Source: Marsupella aquatica (lineage: Eukaryota; Plantae; Marchantiophyta). Taken from it: a stretch of 64,000 nt of DNA. Under the pieces are notes generated by a model that saw only the letters and a list, made by a program, of their open reading frames with translations, searched no databases and was not told the origin of the DNA. How positions within the stretch are numbered: position 1 is the first letter of the stretch; every line of letters begins with the position of its first letter. The position numbers were made by a program, and so were the translations under genes. The stretch spans positions 29,208,932 through 29,272,931 of the forward strand of contig OZ316892.1 in the NCBI GenBank assembly GCA_973895155.1. Direction: 5' to 3'. Below, piece by piece: positions 50,639-62,156 of the stretch.

Positions 50639-53215
50639 TCAAATTGGCTTTGATACAGAAAATAGTATGTAAATTCCTCTTCGATAGGAATACCAATTCA
50701 CAAAACACATGCCTCGGTTGTATCCCTCAAATCACTTTCTGTTAGCCAATTGAATGGCAGCTGAAATTGATCTATTGTCTGCAACCAACATCGAAGTACA
50801 CCAAGAACGTGGATGACAACATCAACAAATGTATTCTTCAAGAAAAATTCCATCAGAAGTAGTAAGCTCGAAAAACGACATCTCGCCTTCCTGAAAGCTG
50901 ATTCTAATCCTATCAATCCCGCATAAAAGAGTGCTTTGGTTCGCAGACTTTATATTTTCTATGAAACAATGGAATATAACCAATCCAGAAGAATTTCGAT
51001 AGTAGTTCACGAGTGGGTGAAGCTTGTGCACCTGTCTAAGACGTTTTAGGCGTCCATCTAGAGCTGTTGGGAGGTCCGTGACAAATGTACTGCCAACAAA
51101 AACTCCTCCAGGACGCAAAATCCTACTTATTTCAGCTACCTGCAAATGTTGTTACAGTGGTTTTATTGAGATTGACTCCCACACCCATATTACAGTCCAC
51201 TTGAGACATTATTTACAATTTTGGCGATCATTAAAGTGAATATAGCTTTAACGATTGTCTAGCCACAGTGAGAATGAATTGTTTCGAGAATAGTGTGCAA
51301 ACTATTAGTTTTTTTTTAATGACCCAAACTTTGTTGATGGTTAGTTTTTGTCCTTTTCTTCAGCTTTGTTAAGTTTCTCGGTATTTTAGAGGGCTGGATC
51401 TCCATTGCGTCTTGGTGAGACTTTGTTCTCTATTATATTTGTCCTTGTTATAATCAGTGATGGTACGTGAAACGCTTCAGTCCCTTTGATTTCACACTTC
51501 TCTCCTTACCCATCCCTAATCTAGTCATTGGATTACATTTTCTTGAAATTCTTCCCTGGAATCACCGACATTGCTGTATATTGAGAAGAAAAATCCAAGG
51601 TCTAGGACAAGAAAGGACAAATGCTTACAGATGACAACACGTCCGGCCAGCAATGAATTGCAGCAGCAGCATGTACACCAGCCACTGATGCTGTTGCGAA
51701 TGGTAGTCTGGCAGCGTCCGCTCTCACGAGCACCACCTTTCTGTGATCACCATAGCATTTGCCTTCAGAACATCACATTTAAGTTGAAACCTGTGGTTGA
51801 GTTTTTGCATAAGCCCTAAACCCCAAACTCAGAACGAGTTAACGGTACAATCTTTTTTTCTTCCGCCATCTAAAAGTATGATTGCCTATACCACGTTTCA
51901 GGGGAAAAAACAAGGTCTGTTTTAAAAACTTTGCAATGAACTCCAACGTATAAAACCTTTTAGAAAGTCAAATTTGTTGAAGGAACTTACAACAAGTCTG
52001 CCGATGCATCACTGTCAAGAAACCCACGACACTGCTCTAGCATGGCCTGGGAGAAATCAGAGGCAATGACCGTCTCATACTCTCGTCCAGCCAGGAAACG
52101 CCGTGTAAAACCTCCAGGTCCACAGCTAAGATCCATGATCACTTCTCCACGAGCAGGTTCCAGAAGCCTTTCAGCCATTTCAGCCTAACCAAGTGCAGTA
52201 CCACAAACATGTCAAACCAAAACAGGTCGCTGTAGCCGCAGCAACAATGTGACTAAAACGACTTATTATAGACCCTTTCTGCAGGCACCTCTAAAGACTC
52301 ACTGCCAAGTACAGAAAACTCACACAGCTGAAAAACCAGTAACAAGTAAACATGAAAAAGGGAATCAAACACAATCCAAAAATACTGAACACTTATGAAG
52401 AAAAGCATCAACCTAGATGAAAACCCTGAAACCTAAACTATAAAACTGATTTATCAGGTGGAACATTGACAAAAGCACAAAGGCTAAGGGAAATATGTAA
52501 ACTCAACACATCATACGATTTCATACTATCCGGGGAAGCTGGCAATACCAAATAAGTCTCGGTATCCTCTCTCATAAACAAAAGCGATCAGGGGGTTCCT
52601 GAAAAGGTGGAACAAAGCTAACGAACAGAGTTAGTTCTTCGGAGGCGGTTAATCAAAGATAACAAGTGCCAAGCCAAACAAAACCACCAAATTCATTGTA
52701 GAAGGGATTTCAGGAGATTAGAGCAAGAGGATCGGCATTCAGTTCTAAGCATGAGGATAAAGCAAGCGCTGTTGTCAATAAACCAACGCCGGACCAAACT
52801 ACTGCCCTCGCCAGTTGATAGCAGTAGCTCTCAAGGCCTGAATGGAGCCTTACTGAAAAAATGAAGATCCCAATTCAAGGCGACTCTCTCACTAGGAATT
52901 ACTAGATCAATAATCCCTCCATCGTTCTTGTACGATTTTTCCCAATTCTTGCAGCGCAACGAGGTTTCTTTGAATGTGAGCCTGAACATAAGCAACTGTC
53001 CAGAGTCATGGGGCGTGCCACAGACAGCTTACAACACAACCTCGGCCTCGTCCTTCTAGTCTCTAAAGTTAACCAGAAATTCAAGTACGCAAATAATTTT
53101 TCCAGAGAAAACCCTTACAGATTTGGGCTTGGGAAGCAGAATACGTTAGGGGACGATAGCACACTGGACAAGCAAGCTCAACCTTCTCCGTTTGCGTTTT
53201 GGCGGCCAGATCTGT
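50639..53215 (-). pseudogene. SAM-dependent methyltransferase (Methyltransf_11/UbiE-like, plant plastid type with N-terminal Zn ribbon), disabled
   Basis: Exons 53215-53119 (LACPVCYRPL), 52981-52854, 52598-52517 (NPLIAFVYERGYR..FPG*), 52184-51991 (MDLSCGPGGF, SDFSQAML), 51740-51629 (RADAARLPF, IHCWP), 51139-51032 (EISRILRPGGVF) and 50760-50639. There is an in-frame TAG at 52528-52526 and three inferred 1-nt frameshifts. Confidence 0.8.
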
Positions 53216-53739
53216 CTAGACAAACCATGTCACAGCTTGAATAAGGGATGTGTCAAAGAAATCAGATTGTAGACACATTTTCTCACACAAATTTGCAATT
53301 TGTTGTAGATGTACCAGAGCTCATGGAATTTCAATGGTCTCGTGGTTTTTATTTTACAAAATGCGGGTCTTGAGGAACCCTAATGGACAAAGGTTGAATC
53401 AGATGAATTCTCATAGAGAAATCTGATAGGTGATAAGAGGCGATTTGAATGCCTACCAAGTCAGCTAGGTAAAATAAATAATTTTTTTAAACAAATCGGC
53501 AGATACGTCTTGTAGTTTATTCATGATATTTGAAAATGCACACATCTCAGTAAAAAGAATGGCGAGTCAGAATTAGAGAGAGACATGAACAATTCTTTCA
53601 ACAATGGTCCAATTGCCCCAAAGACCACAATCCATGAAACGATCTTGGGCATATACCGCAAAAACAGATACATGCAAACCAACTCAGCTAGAGACTTTGT
53701 ACCCATAGATCACTTCAACCATAGTATCGCAATCCAGAC

Positions 53740-56455
53740 TTACCAGTCAACGAACTGACTGAGTGGGATGCCAACCTCTAGACGCCCATTCATATCCATT
53801 CTACATTCAGGGTTTTCGACCTGATCGATGATGATACTCCTTAGATCCCGTTCATCTGTAGCCACCACAACCCACACGACAGAGTATGCCGGTCTGAACC
53901 CGGCGTGAACGATTTCGATCCCAACTTTAACGTCAGCACTTAGAGAGGTCGTCTCCATCCAGATTTTGGCCTCAAAGTATTCCTGGTTCTCTGTATGATT
54001 GATGGTTACTCCATCATCATCAATCAAGGAGATTTCCGTTTTGCTGCTGTTTGGGCTGTCAAGAGGAGAAGGGAAGAGGAGTACCACTCTCTCATCATCA
54101 GGCACTTCTGCGGTATGATGCATAAACTTGCCCAGGGGAAGCAATCCCCCCTCCGGTACGAAAACAGGGGGGAGGGCTGCTTCAATTGGAGCTTCCACAG
54201 TCACCTCTCTCCCACCTCGGAAAAATTTACCAGTAAGAAAACTAAACCACCCACACCGATTGTCTACCTCGTGATTTTTGTTGCTAAAAATGTTAGCCAC
54301 CCTGGAATTGGAGAATGTATCCACCTCACCCTTGAGAGGATAGTCAAGAGGGTCAACCACTGGCAAGAGCCTTGGGAGATAGACAGTTCTGGTGAGAGCA
54401 TCCTCATGCCACACAGGAGCAACCAGCAGGCAGCTCCCAAGCATGTACTCAAATCCTAACTCAAAAGTTCTGGGATCATGCTGAAAATGCCAGAACAAGG
54501 GCCTCATGATTGGCCAAGATGTGCGTTGGAATTCCACATGGAGTGCATAGAGGTAAGGAATAAGCCTCATTCGAAAGTGCATGGAGCTCCTTATCCCGGT
54601 TATCGCGGATTCATACATCCAGGGCTCAGTCACTGTGTTGTCCGAATTCCAAGAGTGGATACAAAACCTGGGATTCAGCACACCAGCCTGGACCCATCGC
54701 TGAAGCAGTTCAGCTGAAGGTTTGGGCCCAACGAATCCCCCTACATCATGCCCATATCCAGCAGGAAATGCAGAGAGCCCAGCCGAGAGGCCCATGGGAA
54801 TGTTGAACTTTAACGTCTTCCAGTCCGTGCAGTTGTCTCCAGACCATGTTTGGGCCGCAAACTGGTGGCACCAAGGAGACGCTGACCGCGTCACAACAAA
54901 GGGCCTCAGCTTGGGAGACCACTCTTGCATTGCCTGGTACGAGCATTGTGCCATGAGCAGAGTCTGGATTGGGGCTCCCACCTGGCTGGCTGGCTGGGGC
55001 TGCTTGGAGGCCCCAGCCACGGTGGTCTCCACGTCCACGGGAATCTCCATAGCAAAGGTGTTGGTGTCATCTGTAAATGTGAACTCATTGTTATCATTCC
55101 AACAACCTGAGATTCCGTATTCCAACAGAGATTCCTTCACCGATTTCTTCCAGAAGTTGTAACCTGCTGAACTGGAGAAATCAATGTAGGATGCAGAGGA
55201 GCAAGTACTTGCTCCGGCACTCCACTGCATGACTCTAGCAGGCTGGTCAGTTTCAGCATCCCAGATGAACCCTTTGGAAGCTTTGATTTGTTCGTATTGT
55301 AGATGTTCCTCCAGCAGCCATGGTTTGATATTTGCAATAACATTAATACCCTGAGCTTTTAGTTTTGCAATCAGCCTCTTTGCATCAGGGAATCGCTTTG
55401 TGTTCCATGTAAAAACACACCTTTTTCCCTTCTTGTTGACTGTGTACCCGGAAGACAGGTGGAGTCCATCACAGGGGATGTCATGCAAACGGCATAGCTC
55501 CGTGAACGCTTCAATTCGCTCTTGTGCATCTTCAGCTTCAGTATAGTTCATGGAGGATGCCAGAAAGCCGAGTGAGTACCGAGGAGGAAGAGATCTTGGA
55601 TGCCCCATGACTGATGCAAACCCATCCAGAACGGCTTGGGCAGATGGGCCGAAGAATAGATAATAATCCAGGGGACCACATTCCGCATGGCAGTACCGAT
55701 AGGATCCCCAAAACTGCACACAGCCAAAAATGACATACCACATGAGCCATTGCAACAAACTGAAGTATGAGGAGCGTAATTTAGAAGTAAACTATAAACT
55801 ATGACAAACTACAGGTCTTGCGTTTGTGGTAGTATAGCCCCACAGCATCAATTTCGGCTCCGAGGTCGACCACAGTCCGGGACATGTTATTGTAGAAGAG
55901 TCCATAGGCAATTCCGGTTTCTTTTGAGAGTGTCAAGTAGAAGGGGCAGTGCTTGTACAGCGGGTCTGTTCTCTCAGCATCATAACCCATTGAATCAAAC
56001 CCCTCTAGCCTGAATCTTCTGCCATGAAGATTGAGGTTGCCGGTCCGTTCTCCGAGACCACAGTAGACTTCACTGGATTTCCGGCACATATAGTGGAAAA
56101 CTCCAGATCCATCGAAGACGTAGGCACGATTTCTTATGTCCTGTGCGAATTTTGTTGAGGAACTTGCTTCCATCCAGCTTAGGCTCAACCCATCAGCATA
56201 ATCCACCTTAACGTGCAATAATGGAGTTCTGATGTGGAGCATTTTTTGCTGATCATCATGGTCGATGCTCAATTGGATAGGCGACTCCGAGGCCTCCCAA
56301 CAAGCAGTGGTGCAGTTCGCAGGCGAAAATAGGACCCTCACCACTTTGCTGCTCACAAACCGAATTTGAAAAATGTTTTCTTTGATACCTTTGAAGGTCA
56401 CTGGGTGCATGAACTCTGTGACATAAACGAAACCCTTGGCCACAACTTGCTTCAT
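53740..56455 (-). CDS. Glycoside hydrolase family 31 (alpha-glucosidase-like, Aec37-type), about 861 aa, 2 coding exons
   Basis: Exons 56455-55844 and 55713-53740 join in phase as DLGAEIDA|FWGSYRY. Motifs include YCGLGERTG, DPLYKHCPF, the nucleophile WNDNNE, the acid/base WSGDN, GHDVGGF and LIPYLY. The start codon and the GTGGGG donor are inferred. Confidence 0.9.
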
Positions 56456-57627
56456 CTTGTCATACACTAGCTGGTTTGGAGTCCACTGAGACTGATTATC
56501 TGATTGACTGGCTGAATGAGATATCCCTCCTCACCAAGATGATCAAGGAATCTGCCAAAACAACAGAACATTGCAGAGTGACATCAGGACATCAGCTTGA
56601 CCACCCGAGGAAACTAGCGACATATAGGAACTACAGAAAATCAAAATCAAAGAAGATCTTTTGCAGGAGAAGAAAAATGAACGCATCCTGAAAGTCAAGG
56701 AGACACAGCTTTGGAGTCCGCCAAGAGTGCTTTCTTGCAAGGGAATGTACATAGGTTGCCCATATGCTGACCTCTGGAATGGTACCTGCTCTCTTCAAGG
56801 AGGATGAGAAAGATGGAATGATTAGCCAGGTATTGTGTCACCTTGCTTCCATATCACGAATAGATTGCATGCATAGATTGGAGCTATTAAGAGGACGTTC
56901 TATCGCATAACCTTTTTCCCCCTCGAGTATTTATTGTTTACGTTGCTATTGTGAGTGAGACCAGAGGTAATGACCCCGGCAATGTCAAGCAGATTCCACA
57001 TTCATTCTGATCAGATGGTCTTTTGTAATGTTGTTCAGGTGAGGGATGAAGCTGTCGCCCAAGGAACCGTAGATTCCAAAGCAAACGTTTGGCAATACTT
57101 TATCAACAGGGCCGGAGCAACCTGCATATCACACTAGCTATGTCGCCAGTCGCGCGACACTTTGAGGACCCGCTGCCGAAACTTTCCTGGCATGGTACGT
57201 TCCTACTCAAAGATGTTTTCGTCCGTTGGTCGAAACTTAGATCTTACAGCACGAGAACTGATGACTGCCTTTACCTTGCATGCTCTACTTTCTTTGTTAA
57301 GGGCGAAGGTCCATAACTGTGTGATGCGTCTCGGCTGTGTCCATTATGTATTGCAAAAAGCATCCAATCCATTTTCTACTGTGTTGTGATCTCCCCACCT
57401 GTCTACCTCGTTAAACAAACACAAAGAATTGGAATTTGGAGAAAACGACAACATATGGGCAATGTAAGATCTCAACCTTAGGTTGAAACGTCAAATCTAC
57501 TATTTCTTGCCCCCTGGAAGTTTGAGTCAAGTAAACATGAAAATGTTTGGTCAGTTGGCCAGAGGATGAGCCTAGGACCTAGAGGTGCCAGGTTCAATCC
57601 TCCCTCCACACATAAGGGGTGTGGAGG

Positions 57628-57648
57628 GTGTGTGTGTGTGTGTGTGTG
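57628..57648. repeat. (GT)n microsatellite
   Basis: About 10 GT units. Confidence 0.9.
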
Positions 57649-58148
57649 GGTGGGGTGTAGTGGTGGGAGTATTGATTATCTCCTTAGCCCTGGTTGCCCA
57701 CTTTGGGCCCTGGTTTAATACTCTCTCCCTCCTGGTCTGGGGCCCTGTCCGATCCCTAGGTATTGTCCCCTTGTGGCTGCCCTACATAGAAATGCATACT
57801 CCAAAGCAGGACGTCTATCCTCTGTTGGATGGGCCTGCTTTCGTTTTCAAGGCAAACAAAAAATGTTACTCGTAAATTAAATAAATATTAAGAAGATTCC
57901 GGAACCTTTACGATCTACAAGTAGTAAAATGGGAGGGCAGAGCCAAAGCAGCACTCTTGATGAGAGACCACATCTCTGCGTCTCTCTGATCCGTCACCTC
58001 ATTATGAAATCTTGTCTTTATTTAATATCCCATTTGGAAGTGTTAACATACAGACGCTGGCAAGGAAGGGCGGGGCAGAAAAGGCTCTCCTACCCAGACT
58101 CTATCTCTGCCCAAGTAGAATTGCTACTCCAGCAAAGCATGCGAAAGG

Positions 58149-58849
58149 TGTTGGAAATTGGAAATGAACCACACTTGTATGAAGATGGATAAAGCCACAA
58201 TGGGCCTGTAGCCTAGTGGTAGAGTACTACGACGTACACGAGAGGTCCTAGGTTCAATTCCTAGCCGGTCCATGTTGTCGAGAGTTCCGACATGGTATCA
58301 GAGCCAAAAGATTAGGAGTTTCCCTTGTAGCAAGTGCGGCTCAAGGGAGGGTGTTGGACATGAACCTGGGCCTGTAGCCCAGTGGTAGAGCACTACGATG
58401 TACACTGGAGGTCCTAGGTTCAATTCCTAGCCACACTCGAATGAAGATGGATACAGCCACAAAGCTAGGGCCTGTAGCCAGTGGTAGAGCACTATGATGT
58501 ACACGGGAGGTCCTAGGTTCAATTCCTAGCCAGTCCATGTTGTTGAGAGTTCCAACATGGTATCATGGCCAAAAGATTAGGAGTTTCCCTTGTAGCGAGT
58601 GCAGCTCAAGGGAGGGTGTTGGAAATAAACCACACTCGAATGAAGATGGATACAGCCACAAAGGGCCTGTAGCCCAGTGGTAGAGCACTACAATGTACAT
58701 GGGAGGTCCTAGATTCAATTCCTAGCCACACTCGAATGAAGATGGATACAGCCACAAAGGGCTTGTAGCTCAGTCGTAGAGCACTACGACGTACACTGGA
58801 GGTCCTAGGTTCAATTCCTAGCCGGTCCATGTTGTTGAGAGTTCCATCA
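58149..58849 (+). mobile_element. Tandem-array TRIM (three LTRs) with tRNA-derived LTRs
   Basis: TSD AAAGG at 58144-58148 and 58850-58854. LTRs TGTTGGA...TCC(GA/AA/AT)CA at 58149-58292, 58352-58557 and 58617-58849. Two 59-bp internal regions start with TGGTATCA(GA/TG)GCC (iMet PBS) and end with AAGGGAGGG (PPT). Confidence 0.93.
58202..58272 (+). other. tRNA-like Pol III promoter module in LTR1 (further copies 58368-58432, 58468-58537, 58663-58727, 58759-58829)
   Basis: A box TAGCCTAGTGG, B box GGTTCAATTCC, perfect T arm CTAGG-TTCAATT-CCTAG and near-complete acceptor stem GGGCCTG/CCGGTCC-A. The anticodon arm is 16 nt and poorly paired, so this is not a normal tRNA gene. Confidence 0.85.
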
Positions 58850-61824
58850 AAAGGAGGCCCAGAAAATGCATTTGTGGGTAGCAACAGTCAAAGCCCAAAA
58901 GCCAAAGGACCGTATCTTCTTGTCACTTCTCCTATTTGCAAGGTGTTGTAGTCACTGTGCCTCTAGTGGAATTACATCTCAAACCGAACACATCAGGCCA
59001 AGTATTGCGGGAACTAATGGAACTATGTCACTAGGACTAGCCCCAAAAAACTAGTAGATTTGAGTGCAAGCATTTTGAAACAAGGTAGAAGACTAAGACA
59101 ATCGGTCACTGGCGACTTATCAAACTACAATTACTCTGTCGATATCCGAGCTCCCTTGTGGGTTGGCACTTGGCACACTTTCCTAAGCAAAGATGGTGGA
59201 CTACGTTTACTACCCACATATAGATCCCCACCTAAAATTGCCCAAAGAACTGCAAACAATTTCTAAAATGCGCTGGCTGGCTGGCTAACTAGCCAGAAGA
59301 AAACCTACCTCATAATGTAGCAACAGAGAGTTCGGTCACCCACCGCAGTAAATCCAACACAAGCCTCTGTCTGCTACTCAATCAAAGCGCCTCCTGAGGA
59401 AGTCATGCAGCCTCAGACTCTGGACTGATCCAGATTAAGACTTTTTGATGCTCAGGCACGGGTGCACCGAGAAATTGTGTGTCATCAAAATGCAAGAAAA
59501 GTCCGGTTCCGCGGTTCTGGCTCAACGCTCTGATCTCATGTACAAGGATAGATGCACCAGAATTACTTAATCCAGGAGACCACGGAACCCCAGAGCAGAA
59601 GGCAATGGACAATAACTCCATGCAGAGAAGAAAAAGCTTGCCAAACTGAGATATGTAGATAACTACTTAAAACATAAACGAAGAAAATCAATGATATTGA
59701 AAGTAACATGCTTCGAGAAATACGTTACTTTTAGTGACACACCAAAGATCAATTTTGAATTTCCTAACGGAAGTTGAAATTGTGCTACCCTGGCTTTATA
59801 GACTTGTCTGTCATCCAAACAGGTCTGAAACGCCAAAGATCCGGTAGAGGAAATGACAAGAAGCATATAACAAATTTGATGGGTCAGTTTCAACACCCAA
59901 ACGATAGATTGCAAAAGGAGGCCAGAGTCAACCACAGTCCTTAAAAAAAACTCTCACCAAGAAAATCTATTCTCACAACCATTTTCCAGACAGAAGGTTG
60001 AAATTTTGTACAGTACTACATTGTTGGGGAATGAATGTTGATAGCAAAGCAGCAGGACAGGGGGAAGAAACAAAGAAACGTGTAAATCCTCCTTGCCACA
60101 CAACACCTTTTACGCCTCCTAATGTGAAGCAAATCGCAGAACTGAGAGCAATTATTTAGACGTGGGGAACATTAGTGAAGAAGTTGAATTGAATGAAATT
60201 CAAAATCCACAGAAGCTCAAATGACCTAACAAGAGGTGCAAGGAGGCAAGCACAAGAAGGCAAAGGGAACTTGTCAGAAAAAAACGGAAATGGAAGCAGC
60301 AAGAAAGGGGAGAAACTAAAACACAAACAATCCAAGGGCAATGGTGCATTATTGTTCTAGAAACAAGCTTACCTCAAAGAGAAAAGGCTCCACGCACCAC
60401 TCAAAGGTGTAGATCCACCCTGTTTCTTCCTTCTCTAGCTGCTTTTTGATCATGAAGGGGGAGAGCGGTGAGAAAAGCTCTCATTCTAGCAAGTTTGAGT
60501 CTCTCCACACTGTTGCTCCTCACTGCTGGAGCAACTCAAGCCGAAAGAGATCTCAGCAGCAGCTTTCACTACTGATATATCCAACGAAAAAATCATCATA
60601 TAATTAACTTGTACTTTTGTACCAGTTTGGGGGACCTGAAATGTCGGTAGAGAGTAGCAGTCGCATGTAAAGGAGACCTGGCTTGTTCCTTGTTTACCTA
60701 ACAGGGAAGGTCTGTTTCCACTACACATCTTGGCTCATCAATCTCTGACCAAACTGGCTCAATTTTCATATTCAATGGTATATTATTCTCCCTCCCCATC
60801 ATCATGCCTACCACCCAGCCACCCCTCCCTTTGGATTCCTTCCTCCTGGCCGCAGATAAGGACAGTATAGGTCGCGATGAGTTATATTGGGTAGTTAGAA
60901 TCCTAGCCAGATATCCTGAAATGTTGAGTAGTATCTCTCCTGCAGCACCCAAGTAGCCTGGCCCATCGTACCTCGTAGGTTGGTCATTCGTTGAATCCAA
61001 ATCATCACGGTCTGCTCCTGACTGGAGGGATTGGTTAGAAAGGTTGGATTGATTGATTGTTAATCACAGGCAATTAGAAAACTGGGTTTATTCTCTCGTT
61101 GGCAAATTGCCTTTTGGAGGAGTCTCGTCGACTCAAAAGATTTGTCGCATCCATGTCATGGGTCTGCTTGCTAAATAGGTGAATTGTTAAATTCCAAACA
61201 CTACAGTAGTATAAATCGGATTTTATTCTCATTTGGCAACCTGCCTTTCCTTTCACATTTTGCGCCATTGCCCCTCTTTTGGGCTTTCAATGAACTCAAA
61301 AATAAAATAAAATTGATTCAGTTCCCTTGCCCCTTTTGTTGAAGTTTCGTGAACTCAAAAAAGAGCTCGATTCACTTTCCTTGCCCCTCTTGTTGGCATT
61401 TCGTGAACTCAAATGAGAACTCGATTCACTTTCCTTGCCCCTCTAGTTGGCATTGCGTGGATTTGAAAGAGAATTTTAACTTCAATTCTTGGGTTGCTTT
61501 GGCTAAGGGAAATTGTCTCCCGGTTTGGCGTTTTTGTTCTTTTGCACTACAATATATATACTTCAATTCAATATCAGGTGAAGGTGTGTTGAGAGGGGAG
61601 GTTTGTTTTTTCAGACTCACAAATGAATTCAATTCAATTCAATGCAATGCAGTCCTCCTATTGGGTCGCCCATGTTTAGGATCATGTGCCACAACATGCA
61701 TGAACTCACCTACCTTGACCACCTACCTTGGCGTCGGATGGGGACACGTTTATCACATGCCCAAATATAATACAAATTGAAATCTTGGTTTTACAGCTCC
61801 ATCCATCATTTTACGAGCATGCAC

Positions 61825-62156
61825 TGTTGAACTATGACGTCTTCCTTCATGACGATCCAATCATTACTCATTCCATGCACATGTAGTCGATACAATCTCT
61901 ACGTGGTTCACCTCTTCTCTAAGACTACGTCCACACAAACACTCAAGCTTTATTTCAAGAGTAGACGAATACACATGTTCTCCCTTTTCCTCAAGTTGCT
62001 CTGTTACAATGAGTAAGCACCACACACCAACGGCTTACACTAGCCCTAGTATATACAAGGTCACACACGACTAACCTAACCTCACCTAAGATCCTAACTG
62101 TGGTTAGCCTAAGTGCCGTAACCGTTGAGTCACAAGACTATGAGCAATCCTTAACA
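61825..62156 (-). mobile_element. Solo LTR, 332 bp, related to 24004-24403
   Basis: TGTTGA...TTAACA termini with a perfect TSD TGCAC (61820-61824 and 62157-62161). The reverse strand has GTGGACGTAG...GAGGTGAACCACGTA...TCGACTAC, as in the 24-kb LTR. Confidence 0.88.

Noticed and set aside
57549-57790. Possible tRNA-derived SINE (TGGTCAGTTGG ... GGTTCAATCC plus hairpin); similar B-box-plus-hairpin at about 37667-37707 and 40500-40545
   Set aside because: No cloverleaf, tail or TSD could be established, and the short box matches may be chance.
58202-58829. Cluster of five functional tRNA genes
   Set aside because: The anticodon arm is one base short and unpaired, two copies lack the 3' acceptor strand, there is no oligo-T terminator, and all lie inside LTRs.
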